Positions 48,660 to 61,340 of a stretch of DNA of 64,000 nucleotides are shown piece by piece (positions within the stretch are counted from its first letter, which is position 1; each line of letters opens with the position of its first letter). Source of the DNA: Podarcis muralis (taxonomy: Eukaryota); the NCBI RefSeq assembly GCF_964188315.1, contig NC_135667.1:25048001-25112000 (forward strand). Reading direction: 5' to 3'. A model generated the notes under the pieces. The model was given only the letters and a program-made list of their open reading frames with translations. It made no database searches and was not told the origin of the DNA. A program made the translations under genes and the position numbers.

Positions 48660-49384
48660 TACTGGGTTACAGCTGGACCTAAGGTAGGTCGCATCAGCAG
48701 CAGCACCACAACCATATTAATATATAACAAAAAAGATGTAGATCCCCAAATACATGGAATAAAGTTGGATCTTGGCTCTTAAAATGTTGAAGAATACCAT
48801 TTTCAAGCGCACCAGTAATTGCCCAAAATCTAGGCCAGCTCAATAAATTTTTTTGCCTGGGGTGAAGGACAAGATGATCAACATTCCAGCATCACAAGCC
48901 AAACACTGAATCTAATTTCATATCCGGTTATGGGGCTGTGGTCATCACCACACCTCAGGACAGTACACTAGTTTAGAAAGCACAGGGCAGGTGTGAAATT
49001 ATTTACTTCAACCACTCACCATCACTCCCTGCCCCTCAGCATATGCCACATAAGATAGCTATCTCATTCCACCCAAAGGTAGTTCTAGCCCTTTCCAGAA
49101 TCCACCTTTGTGTGTGTAAGTAGTTCCTCAATATTGATAGACTATATTAGGCAAGTTGTTGTGATACTATAACTTAAGCTACTTGAAGGAGCAGGGGCCA
49201 CAGGACATTTAGAGAAGCAGTACTATGTTCCAGGAAAGGAGAAGATCTTGCATTGACACACTTGATGTTGGAAACTACAGAGATACATATTTAGAAGAAA
49301 CCTGAGAAACCTAATACTAGGTCTATTCTTATGCCATCATTTAATTTAGCAGTCCAGTCCACAAATCCTTACTCCAGACTTTCA

Positions 49385-49487
49385 CAACCTGGTGTTCTTC
49401 CAATGTCGGATTCCCACTTCCATTAGCCCAGCATGTCTGATGGTTAGAGAGTTAAGAATCCATCAACATCCAGAGAACACCAAGTTG
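49385..49487. mobile_element. Degenerate short palindromic MITE
   Basis: caacctggtg ... caccaagttg ends; a more decayed paralog lies at ~51590-51690. Confidence 0.5.
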
Positions 49488-50599
49488 GGCTAATGTGGGC
49501 GTACACAGAGAGCAGTGCATGACAAAATTTGGTTTGCTCATCTTAATGAAATCTGTGAGAACTGATTCGGTTTTCTCTGGGATTCAAAACATGAGAAATA
49601 CAGAATCACCCCTAGCTTGTATCTCAAGCTCAGGATTAGAGGTCCTGTGGCCCTCCAGATATTGATGGAGTCCAGTTCTCATCAACTTCAGCTTGCCTCA
49701 CTATTTGTCAGGGATGGTACAGCTACAGACCAACAACAGCTGTTTTGGAAAGCACAGGTTCCTCATCCTTGCCATAGATTACAATTTCCAATTGACAAAG
49801 TGAGGTTCAGGTGATTTTCTAATTAGCAAAAAGGAGATGTTCTGTTGTCTTACCTGTTTCAGCTACTTCACATAAGATTTAGAAGCGGCTTCACAGTGGG
49901 TGAGTTTAAAATCCACCTCTATCATGGTTCCAACAAATTATCGCTCTTGTTATGACTTCAGATTGTTTGCTTCGGTTCACCATATTTCTTTAGCAGCTTT
50001 AGAGACCATACCAGTATAAAACCTTTTTACTTCAGTTTCCATTGTGCATTTTCTTGACAAATGTGTGAGAAGCAGGAAGAGAAAGCAAACTTTTGAAGAC
50101 AAAAATCTTATGGATAGAAATCATTAGCTGAGAGTTACATTTTGGAATGCAATTTTCATTCAACTGTATAGTGAAGCAGCATTTCGTAAACAAGGCCAAG
50201 CTGAAAACTCTCTTAAGTTTCCAATGCAGGAGAAGAGAGATGAACTGATAAACATTTGTTTGCAGAAAATTTTGAATTCTGCTATATTGTTGTATGCACC
50301 ACCAATCTCTGAGTGGTGCAAGATTCAGGGGTTCTAGGTTTTGGCTTCACTGGAATGAGGGACAGTGGAGACTGTGGTGTCTTTATGATATATGGTTGTT
50401 TTTACATATATATGCAACCTGAGCCTATGATGTAGCATTAACACCCCAGTATGGTATTGCTTCTCCCATAGCCACAGCCTTGGATTCCAGCAGAAATCAG
50501 GCATGGCTCTGTCCCTGAGCTGCCTAGCCTGCAGCCTCCTGCTTCTAGCTTCTAGCTCTCTCGCACCTTAACTCTGGTTTTTGTCTTTGTAACTACCAG

Positions 50600-50757
50600 C
50601 AGTGGCGTAGCGTGGGGGGTGCAGGGGGGGCCAGCCGCACCGGGCGCAACATCTGGGGTTAGGGCAAATCCACAGGTTAGGGGGCGCAAATCCACGGGTT
50701 AGGGGGCGCAAATTACTTGCCTTGCACCGGGTACTGACAACCCACGCTACCCCACTG
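50600..50757. mobile_element. hAT-superfamily MITE, 158 bp
   Basis: 16-bp TIRs cagtggcgtagcgtgg / ccacgctaccccactg (1 mismatch); 8-bp TSD actaccag / actaacag. Confidence 0.85.
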
Positions 50758-52375
50758 ACTAACAGATAGTCGAGGGAGGGTGCCTTCTGATGAGAGCCAC
50801 TTCCTTTGTTACCTTAACAACCCATACTCAGGCACGATTACCAAGAATCATGTCTGGCTGTTCCAGCAGTGGGATCCTGGTTGGATCCAGGAATTAGAAG
50901 AGACTCAGCCATACAGCCTATCCACTCTACCACCCAAAAAAGAACCACCTCACAACAATATTCTTCCCAAAGGCAGCTTTGAAAGTGAACAAGGCACACA
51001 ACTGAGAGCTTCCAGCGTCCTATCTAGGTCCCCATTTCCTAGATCAATGATGCAATACACTCATTCTCTATTCATTTGTTCCAGTGTTCATTCATCACAG
51101 TTTTGCAAAGTAATCTACAATCCTTCCTGACACAATGGAGTTATCAGAGGCTGCCTTCAGTGTATAGAGAGATAACAAATAGCTGTTTTCAAATGGCATT
51201 ATGGGGGTAGAGAAACATTCAATGAGCACATTGTGGTCTTCTTATTCTCTTACCTTTTTAGAGAGCAGCACTGAGCTTCCCCAAATACCCAAGTTATTGC
51301 TTTCAGGATTTTTGCCTTGGACCTCAAGGGATTTCATTAACAAGGGCATATATTTTTAAAGGTCCCCTCTCCCATTGTATTTTATGATAATTCTCAGGTG
51401 TGCTGATATGAACTTCCTGTGAGAATGTGCAGAGCCACACACTTGCACCTCAATGAGTTTTGACAGAATATAATGCTCTTCTAAAATTAGGGATACTTCT
51501 TTGGCAGCTCCACACCTATACGGAATATATCAGTGCCACAATTTAATTTATTGGCTCAGTCCACAAATCATTACATCTTTCTTTCATCACCACTGACACC
51601 CTTCTTGTTGGTTACCCACTCCAGTAAGCTCTAGCCAGCATGTCCAATGGACAGAGAGTTGGAGCCCATCAACATATACAAGGATACTGAGTTGGGAAAA
51701 TAAGACTATACCCACAAAACTGTGCAAAATACAATGTTGTTTGCTCAACTGAGAGGAAGTTATGTCTGTTGTTTCCCTCTGCAGGAGCTTTGTTATGGGT
51801 TTAAATAAGAAGGTCCAAGTTCACCCCAGGTTTTGTTCCTGTCTCTTGATTTGGCCTTGAGGTTGCAAAAGATCATGATACTTTAAGGCTTTTACTTTTA
51901 TTTAAAACACTTATAATTAGCACCAAAATGAAGAGCTGGTGTATAACTCTAGTAAATAAAAAAAGACTTAGATTAAAATATGCCCCCCAACCCTCCCCTT
52001 TAAATCACAAAAGACATGGGTCAGTCAAATTTAGCCACTTTAATACCATTGAAGCAGAGGAGTAAAAGCACCTATTTATTTATTTATTTATTCTTTTTTT
52101 GAACAAAAATATTCACTTTCACTTCTTCCAGGTTACACACAGAGTGGGAAGGCGCACATACATGGTAATAACTACATTTTATCTTTGCAACAACCTTCAG
52201 AAGTAGGGAAGAGTAACAGAAATTAAGGAACCCAAGTTAGTTCTCTGTCTAGGTGGAGATTTGAATCTGGTCTTCATGGCCTATGTCCAACATACTACAA
52301 GCTGTCTTATACTGACTCTCTCCCATTTAAATAAAAGAATCCTAAAACTCCAATTGATGGAATATCCTGTAACAT

Positions 52376-53332
52376 TCATTTCTTAAGAAACATTATGATT
52401 TTACTGAATGAAAGTTTCAGGCAATCCTTCACCTTCTCATTCCTGAGACAATATATGAAAGGGTTTAGCATGGGTGTCACTATTGTGTTCAGTACTGTGC
52501 CTATTTTGTTGAAATCCAGAACGTTCCCTTTGGTTGGACGGACATAAATGACAATTGAGCTCCCATAATACAATGATACCACAGTGATATGAGAAACACA
52601 GGTTGAGAAAGCTTTCTTTCGACCTTGTGTTGATGGTATCTTCAATACAGCAACAATAATATAAATATAGGACACAACTGTTATAAGAAGTGAACCTAGA
52701 AGCAATATGCAAGATGTCCCAAAATCAACCTTTTCAGCCAATGATGTGTCAGCACAGACAAGCTTGAGCAAGGGGGCACTGTCACAGAAGAAGTGGTTGA
52801 CTATATTTGGGCCACAGAATGGAAGGCCAGCTGTTACAATGCTGGGAACTAGAATAATCAGAAAGCCACCAATCCATGATCCCAAAAGGAGCTGGAAACA
52901 GGCATTTCTGTTCATGATGGATGCATAGCGCAATGGGTAGCATATTGCAACGTAGCGATCAAATGACATTACAGCCAGAATGAAGAATTCAGTTGAGCCC
53001 ATGAGGAAATAGAAGAATGACTGAGTAAGGCAGCCTACAAAGGAGATGTTCTTCTTCCCCGTGATAAAATTTATTAGCATTTTAGGCATGACAGCTGATG
53101 TGATTATGAGTTCCAGGAATGAAAGGTTAATCAAGAAAATATACATGGGCAATTGAAGCTGGTGATTGGCCAGGACTAGTGCAATTAATGCAACATTACC
53201 GATAATGGTCAATGCATATATAATCAGGAAGGTAATGAAGATCAGAATCTCAGCAGAGCGGATTGTCTCAAATCCCAAAAGGATGAACTCAGTCACAATA
53301 GTCTTATTATATTTCTCCATATTTTCATGCAT
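52376..53332 (-). CDS. Olfactory receptor, OR6 family (OR6M1/6C-like), intact, 318 aa (alternative ATG at 53320)
   Basis: MSFDRYVAIC, NHFFCDSAPLLKL, KAFSTCVSH, PMLNPFIYCLRN; sequon NKT. Confidence 0.94.
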   Translation of the reverse strand: MHENMEKYNKTIVTEFILLGFETIRSAEILIFITFLIIYALTIIGNVALIALVLANHQLQLPMYIFLINLSFLELIITSAVMPKMLINFITGKKNISFVGCLTQSFFYFLMGSTEFFILAVMSFDRYVAICYPLRYASIMNRNACFQLLLGSWIGGFLIILVPSIVTAGLPFCGPNIVNHFFCDSAPLLKLVCADTSLAEKVDFGTSCILLLGSLLITVVSYIYIIVAVLKIPSTQGRKKAFSTCVSHITVVSLYYGSSIVIYVRPTKGNVLDFNKIGTVLNTIVTPMLNPFIYCLRNEKVKDCLKLSFSKIIMFLKK

Positions 53333-55554
53333 TCTATTCTATAGGAAACAATGTATTAGGAAAAGAAAGGGGAAAAAAGAAACAGAGTGGTTCACTAGGC
53401 ATGTGCAGCAACCACAAGATTGACTCTTAATCCATATTCATAGTATTTGGAAGCAGCTTGATTGGTGCTGCATCCAAAACAGTTGTTCTGGTTCTGTGTT
53501 CTGCTTTGATTTGTTATTTGGAGCAAAATTTTATATGAAATATGAAGCCCTGTTTTGCTCCCATTGAGTATAATGGAAAATCTCCCACCAGGAATCAGCC
53601 CCTACCCTCTCTTCAATATCCCTTCCCCATTTGATTTCTGGGTGTTTTCTCAGTCAGCTTCTTTGTATCTCAGAAGAAAAATGAAGTTGTCATTATTGAA
53701 TGTCAAATCAGGAACTCAATGCCAAATTTGATGAACCAACCAAATTTTTTGAACCAACAGGACTCTTCTTATGTCCTTATGAGGGGGTCAGCTGATATAG
53801 TTTTGAAACCAAATTCTTAAGTGTTGATGGATGATCTTGTACATTGGATCTGTAGCAGGTGGATTTCTTGGAAATTACAAAATTAAGGAAACATTTTTTA
53901 AAAAATCATGTTTTATTTATAATGCATTTCTAACTCAAGAACAGAAAGTTTTCTTATGTTTCAAATTGATGATTTGGGTCATCAAAGAGATACATGTGTT
54001 AAAGGGTATGGGAAAACCCAGGGGTTAATTTTAGACTCTGGATGTAGTGCTGTTATGAGGTCCGCATTAAATTATCAGGAATGTTACTTCAGTTGTGAAA
54101 CACACTATTAATATTATTTTCTCTTCCCCCTCCCTACAACATTCTGCTTAACTCCTGATCAGTTATTGAATGGAGCAATACAGCCAGGACCAGTGGAGTC
54201 TAAAACTCCACTTGCCAAAGAAATAGTATTTATGTACTAAATGTTTTACAACTCAGACCTAAACATGTATACAAAAGCTATGTTGCCCCAGCCCCATGGT
54301 TAAAGTGGCAGTGGTGGTGGTGGGGAATAATTAAGTTCATGTTCAAAGCAAATGTACCTAATTCACATTTTCCAAAACTATATGAAAACTGAAACACAGC
54401 CATCCTTCATAATTCACATGTTTTTGAATTTCACAGTGCAGTTAATCAGTCATGTGCCGTTAGCAAAAAAAGAAGCATTTACTAAGGTCAATAGTGCATG
54501 AAAATGCATATATTAGTGAAAATAGCATTAAATACATTATAAAAGAAGTATATTGAGCAAAGTTTCACATAAAATTGTTTATATTAGGAGAAATGGACAC
54601 TAAAGTGGTGATAAAATTTCATGAGATCTTTTTAAATAGAAACTGATGCGGAAACGTGGAGAACTGAGAAAGTGAGGGAAACCAAAATTGGTCTATGATA
54701 CTACATTTGGGCAGAACTTGTGTATCCAATCTCAGGCTCCTCTTTTCTAACATAGCAATTATCAGCCTACCTCTAATAACTTCGCATAAATCTCTAAAAG
54801 TCATCTGATGATACAGAAAGAGATCATATTCCAATAGCAGGATTTATGATGCTTACCTTTACAAATCCCAGCAGGAAAAAAGTGGAGGGACAAACAGTGA
54901 GAGTCTTATTTTTGGATATTCCAAATATGTCCCTGCAGACGTTCTAACAGAAGGAGAATATCAGATTAATGGAACCAAATGCTCCCTATACCCAATAATT
55001 TGGAAACTTCTCTGCATTTCTCATCAAGTTTTCTTTAATTGTGTGTGTGTGTGTTGCGGATATTCAGTGTGTTAATTATTTCAAAAGTTATACTACTATT
55101 TAATGATTCAAGCCAAATTAATGCTAATGATGATGATAAAAATGTACACCACAATGCCTACTTGTTTCTATTCAACTTCATCCATAGAAAGACAACGTTG
55201 GCCCACATTTCAAGATACTCTGAGTCTGCAAAGAGGATGAAAAGATAGCACGTTTCCTTATATTATCACTGACAAATCCAAAGTATTAATTATTTCATCT
55301 TCTAAAATATTCAATGAACCTCTGGGAAGCAATTAAAAAACTGCTATCCAGAGATTAGAATGTCATATTCTTTTTTAAAAATACAAAATGTACAATTATT
55401 ATGGATTGAATCAAGATTAAGGGCTCTTCCACTTGTCCTGTGCCTAGAATTATGGGTCTGAGTAGTTTCCCCCTTGCTCCACAAAAAACCCATTATTTAG
55501 CTCTAAACTGGAGCAACCCTCAATCTGGAGAAACCAAAATGCTGTTTGCTCTGC

Positions 55555-55695
55555 TTGAGCACTAAGAAGTGGTTTTCCCCAGGTGTCTGCCCCAATCAGC
55601 AGTCTAGCTGCTGCATTAAGCACCAGCTGGAGCTTCCAGAACAAGCCCACGGGCAACCTCACACAAAGTGCAATATAAATTTGCAAATACATCAC
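55555..55695 (-). mobile_element. L2-clade LINE fragment
   Basis: Translation ...RLPVGLFWKLQLVLNAAARLLIG matches the L2 ORF2 motif KLQLVQNAAARLL. Confidence 0.7.
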
Positions 55696-56107
55696 ATGGG
55701 TTTCATTAAAAATAATGTGAACAGATAAATATACCAGTAGGGGACTGAATTTTTGAAACTGAAAGTTCAGACCTGAATATTAGAAGAGGTTGATAGGTTG
55801 GCTGGAATGAGAGTTTCAAATCAATACCCTTCTATTGCACTTCAAGGGGAAAAGTGAATTTTTGTAAAGCTACACCAAGCCAGTGTGGTTGCCATTTTCT
55901 GCTCTATTCCAAGGAGATGTTTGAAAATATATTACAATCATCCCAATGAAAATGATGGCAATCCGCCCAATGGAAATAAGGTTTGACTCCGACAACATTG
56001 AAATTTGACTTTTGTCTCAAACAGTAGCCAATCTCTGATTTTTTGTTTGATATGATATCAGTCCTGCAATGAACAGAAAGTCAACTAATAAGAGGTTACA
56101 CTTAGGA

Positions 56108-57012
56108 TTAATAACTCTTTTTTTCAATTAGGACCTTTCTTGTGTTCAGATCAGATCTTAGAACAATGATGTAGCATTTTGGAAGAAATATGCAAAGTAA
56201 GAGGCCAGTGTTGGAGGCCAAGATGGCAAAAACTTCCACAGCCACTATGTATTTCCCCTTGGTGCTCAGGTAACCTGGAATGAAGGAGATCCAAACACTG
56301 CAAAACACCAGCATGCTGAAAGTGATGAACTTGGCTTCATTGAATGTATCTGGCAGTTTCCTGGCCAGGAAGGCTACTGTGAAGCTGATCATGGCCAGAA
56401 AGCCCAAGTAGCCCAAGACACAGTAGAACATGGTGATAGAACCTTCATTACATTCCAATATAATATGTCCAGCCTGTGAGTGCGTGTCAGCTTTGGGGAA
56501 GGGAGGAGAAGTTAACAGCCACACAATGCAAATACCCACTTGAATGAGCGAGCAAAAAAGAACAATGGAGGTGGCTACTTTCTGCCCTAGCCATTTCCTC
56601 ATGCTGTTGCCTGGCTTTGTGGCCAGGAAGGCCAGGACCACCATGGTGGTTTTTGCCAACACACAAGAAACTACAACAGAGAAAATGATGCCAAATGCTG
56701 TTTGCCGGAGCAAGCAGCCCAGCTTCCCAGGCTTGCCAATGAAGAGAAGGGAAGAAAGGTAGCAAAGCAAGATGGAGGCAAGCAGAACACAGGTGAGGTT
56801 CCGGTTGTTGGCTTTGACAATAGGGGTAGTCCAGTTTTTTAGAAAAATGTGCATTACCAAAACTGTTAATGCAGCAAAAAAGATAGCAAGGACAACCAAG
56901 ACAATGCCCAAGGGCTCGTGATAGGCAAGGAAGCTCAGAACCTTTTGAATACATTTGTTTTTGTTCCTATTTGGATATTGATCTTCTGGGCATTTTAGAC
57001 AATGAACTGCAT
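56108..57012 (-). CDS. Vomeronasal type-2 receptor (class C GPCR), exon 6 (7TM domain)
   Basis: Acceptor ccctttcag|at gca; motifs [34 protein letters not shown]; ends at a stop codon. Confidence 0.95.
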
Positions 57013-57369
57013 CTGAAAGGGACCAAGAAAGTGTCAGTAGGTGTTCCAATTGTTATACCTTTATTAGTTTGCATAAAGTTGAAGGCGTGTCAATTTAATG
57101 CTAGATAATAATGACTCCCCGTTTCACAACTAACTGAAAGAAGATGCTTCCAGTCCAAGTTATACAAACTTTGGCTAGTGGTAAGTCCACAAAACATATT
57201 AAAATTTTATTCTGAATATCCATGGATAGGATAGAACTTTTAGTCACTAGTGGGCATAAGTGTACCTAAATATGTGTGGTCAATTTCTTTGAAGATATTT
57301 TCCTTTTGTGTACATATTTAATTGCACTCAGCTCATGTAATTATAGAATTCAGTTTATAGTATTGTAGA

Positions 57370-57673
57370 GAGAGAAAGAACCTTGAGGATCATCTAGCCC
57401 AACCCCCTGCAATGCAGGAATCTCAGCTAAAGCATCCATGACAGATGACCAACCAATCTCTGCATAAAAACCTCCAAGGAACGAGAGTCCACCACCTCCC
57501 AAGAGAGTTCATTCCACTGTCAGACAGCTTGTTTAGCTGGAATCTCTTTTCGTGTAACTCGAAGACATTGGTTTGGGTACTACCCTCTGGGAAAGGAGAA
57601 AACAACATTGCTGCTGCTTCCATGTTACAGACCTTTAGATATTTGAAGTTGGCTATTGTATCTCCTCTCAGTC
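57370..57673 (-). mobile_element. CR1 LINE 3' end
   Basis: Translation RLRGDTIANFKYLK...PEGSTQTN...RFQLN matches the CR1 ORF2 C-terminus; tail gggggttgggctagatgatcc. Confidence 0.85.
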
Positions 57674-57687
57674 TGTATATCACCTAC

Positions 57688-57814
57688 CTGTCTCATTAGA
57701 AAACATGTCTTCTGGGCATGGATTACAGCCATAACAACAACTTGGTTTGCCTTCTTGAACCATCCTTTGCTGTCCATGGTGACAGCTCTCAACACACCTA
57801 GAACTTGGTGGTAA
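57688..57814 (-). CDS. V2R exon 5 (cysteine-rich domain), 127 bp
   Basis: cattag|LPPSSRCVESCHHGQQRMVQEGKPSCCYGCNPCPEDMFSNET G|gtaggt; phase 0 to 1; found by manual translation, not in the ORF track. Confidence 0.93.
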
Positions 57815-58509
57815 CTAATGATTAGAAAACAGATATTATGTCACATCCAAATTTTCATACAAATACAGCTATATTTCTATTCTACCTGATAACCCAATAA
57901 CTTCTTGCTCTGATCAGCTGAATAATTATTTAAAGTCATTGACAATACATTTTCAGGGGAAATATCAGTGGGGATGGACAAACAACCACCAATGGCTCAG
58001 GGATTTATATGATGATTGAAGAGTAATTTCAGGAGGATGGGCAAATTTTGGGGTTTCTTGCAGTCTCAACTACAATAGAGTGTTCGTGTACACAGTCATG
58101 TTTTCACACTGCACTTGACTCTGAGAGCAACAGGACATCATCAAGTCCCGTTGCTCTATTTAAGGCACACAGAAGAAAGAAGCCCAGCACACTCATGGCT
58201 ACTATGAGCAAGTGGGTAGAAACAAATAATCATAATAAAAGTACAAGGCAAGTGAAGAAGCTCGTGGACTAGCTCATAAAGGGACTCGTGGGTCTGCAGA
58301 TTTATAGGATTCATGATCTGTTTTGGTTCATGATCCACCCAGATCAGCTGAGTCCACTTTGAAATCCAAGTTCTGTGGGTTTCTGCTCTGTCCCTACTTC
58401 CAAGAACATTAATCTTACCTCTAAGATCCATGGGCAACAGTGCTGCAGCATCTGGACAGTAACATGTATTTATTCAGTTGTGACTATAAGCTGCTAAGTA
58501 TTTTCCTAC

Positions 58510-58722
58510 CTGTTTAAGTCTGTCGTTCCACACAACATCTATCCCAGTGAGGGTGAACTCATGGTTTGGGGAAATACTTGCAAACTTGGGTTTAATGGCA
58601 GAGAAATTGGGGTAAATGATCCAGTTGATGATATCATAGCCAGCCGAAACTTCTCCATATTCAATCAATACTTCATGCCCTGCACCATTGTTAAAATGGA
58701 TGTTTTTCAGTATGGAATTCAG
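58510..58722 (-). CDS. V2R exon 4, 213 bp
   Basis: ttccaattcag|LNSILKNIHFNNGAG...GYDIINW...WNDRLKQ|gtagga. Confidence 0.92.
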
Positions 58723-59071
58723 CTGAATTGGAAGAAAATAGAAGAAACAAATTCTGAAATTGTCCATTATTTATTTTGCAATTCTGTCTTGGGAGCAAGT
58801 CTCATTGAACTCAACAGGACTTATATCTGCATAGACAGATAGAACATATTGAAAGAGCAACCAGAACCCTGCAGGATTTATGACTTAGATCAACAGCTGT
58901 TGCACAAAGGCATCAAGCCTACAGGGTGCTGCGTCAAGGAAGGGATAACAGGCAGGAAGGAAGGAAAGTCAGGGCTCCTACCTTCTCTTGAGAAGATTCA
59001 GCCAGTGGTCAGGTAGGTTTTGGCTTTTCCACTGGTTTTTCCACTTATTCCCTCCCTCCCTCCCTCCCTCC

Positions 59072-59110
<39 letters not shown>

Positions 59111-59545
59111 TTTGATAATCTATCCCCCCGCCCCGACAGCCCTAGATCTTTCTGGCCCATCCAACCTAATCTACAGTGGTTTGTGGCTGTCACAAACCAA
59201 CTCAACCAGTGCCTACAAATAGACACAATTTGGCTCAGGGATCAGCCAAATCCAATACATAGTAGGAATAAATCTTCATTCCTTTATGCCTTAATAGTTC
59301 TGTTCCCTTTTCAGGAAACGGCATCTTAAGAGAGCCAGTGTGGTGTAGTGGTTAAGAGCAGTAGACTCGTAATCTGGTGAACCAGGTTTGATTCCCTGCT
59401 CCTCCACATGCAGCTGCTGGGTGACCTTGGGCTAGTCACACTTCTCTGAAGTCTCTCAGCCTCACTCACCTCAAAGAGTGTTTATTGTGTGGGAGGAAGG
59501 GAAAGGAGATTGATAGCCGCTTTGAGACTCCTTAGGATAGTGATA

Positions 59546-59905
59546 GGGACGCAGGTGGCACTATGGGTTAAACCACAGAGCTTAGGACTTGCCAATCAGA
59601 AGGTCAGCGGTTCGAATCCCAGTGACGGGGTGAGCTCCCGTTGCTCGGTCCCTGCTCCTGCCAACCTAGCAGTTTGAAAGCACGTCAAAGTTCAAGTAGA
59701 TAAATAGTTACCGCTCCGGTGGGAAGGTAAACGGTGTTTCCTGCTCTGGTTCACCAGAAGCGGCTTAGTCATGCTGGCCACATGACCCGGAAGCTGTAGG
59801 CCGGCTCCCTCGGCCAATAAAGTGAGATGAGTGCCGCAACCCCAGAGTCGGTCACAACTGGACCTAATGGTCAGGGGTCCCTTTACCTTTACCTTTACCT
59901 TTATA
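59546..59905 (+). mobile_element. Full-length Sauria SINE
   Basis: GGGACGC head, GGTTCGAATCC B box, (ACCTTT)n tail; TSD ggatagtgata / gggtagtgata. Confidence 0.92.
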
Positions 59906-60262
59906 AAAAGGTAAAGGTACCCCTGCCCGTACGGGCCAGTCTTGACAGACTCTAGGGTTGTGCGCTCATCTCACTCTATAGGCCGGGAGCCAGCGCTGTC
60001 CGCAGACACTTCCGGGTCACGTGGCCAGCGTGACAAGCTGCATCTGGGGAGCCAGCGCAGCACACGGAACACCGTTTACCTTCCCGCTGGTAAGCGGTCC
60101 CTATTTATCTACTTGCACCTGGGGGTGCTTTCGAACTGCTAGGTTGGCAGGCGCTGGGACCGAGCGATGGGAGCGCACCCCGCCGCAGGGATTCGAACCA
60201 CCGACCATGCGATCGGCAAGTCCTAGGCGCTGAGGTTTTACCCACAGCGCCACCCACATCCC
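59906..60262 (-). mobile_element. Full-length Sauria SINE, second subfamily, inserted in the tail of the preceding one
   Basis: TSD ttacctttata at 59895-905 and 60265-275. Confidence 0.92.
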
Positions 60263-60512
60263 AGTTACCTTTATAGGGTAGTGATAAAGCAGGATACCAA
60301 ATCCAAACTCCTCCTCCTCCTCTTCTTCTTTTTCTTCAAAGTTTACTGTGCACATGAATACAGCATAGCAGACTTCCCTAATTCTCTTATAAACTCACCA
60401 GCATGCAAAACATTGACATATTTGTTCATTTGTATTTGATTCTCTAAGTAAACAGTTTTCCTCATTAGACATCATGTCAAGCTCATAGACTTTATTATGG
60501 CAATGTATTTAC

Positions 60513-61340
60513 CTGCCATGATGGACTATTCAGCTGTTCAATTCTGTCTCTTCTTGGTCTTGACTCATAGATGGCATGTAAAGCATGGGCTACAGCATAG
60601 ACAGCATTGTAGATACCATAGGTCTCACCAGTCATATCCATATCAAATGTATACTCAGACAGATATTCCAGTTTCTCTTTGCCTGTGCACATATTACTTT
60701 GTGAATAGCGTGAAAAGCTGTCTTCATAAAAATAACAAATGAAAGCAGTTGACCAGAAATCCATGAAAAAGCGAATCACTGGCTTATCAGACATAAAGCT
60801 CCCAAGAAACTCATGGAAACCTGGCACAGGCTTTTTGTGGACTGAAAAAGAAAAAGCACCACTGTACGTTTCCGGAGGTGTTACAAATAAACCAATATGC
60901 TGTTTGAAATCCCACCGAGCAGTTATGATCCAAACTTTCCCAGGATTGATCTCCCAATTTTGTCCCATGAGGTTTTGTAATCCACACATCGAATTATAGT
61001 CTCCACTGACTATTACCACATTTATCTCACTTAAGAAAAGTTCTGTATATAACTTTGACATATAGTTGCGATAAGTTTCATGCCACACATATTTTGATTC
61101 TCCTACTTTATACTGGTGGGCAACACAAATGCCATACTGCAGAAGCAGAGATGTCAGGATCTGACCAAAGCTTTCTCCATCATCATCATTTGAAACAATG
61201 AGCCCAACCCATGTCCATCTGAAAAGGAAAAGTAGCTGAGTAATTCCAATGGGTTGAAGAGTTTCTCTTGGTGACATTCGATACAAAAATGGGAAATTTG
61301 TTGTACCTCTAAGTGTAGACTCATACGCACCATAGTTAAA
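60513..61340 (-). CDS. V2R exon 3 (ligand-binding domain), 828 bp
   Basis: tttctccatcag|FNYG...FPFLYRM...WTWVGL...KVWI...YNAVYAVAHALH...SWQ|gtaaat; open frame. Confidence 0.93.

Larger units (their letters stand above)
59330..60330 (+). mobile_element. Squam3-like SINE split by two nested Sauria SINEs (5' part 59330-59545, 3' part 60276-60330)
   Basis: tRNA-like head gagagccagtgtggtgtagtggttaagag; resumes with gggtagtgataaagcaggata...ctcctcctc tail. Confidence 0.8.
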
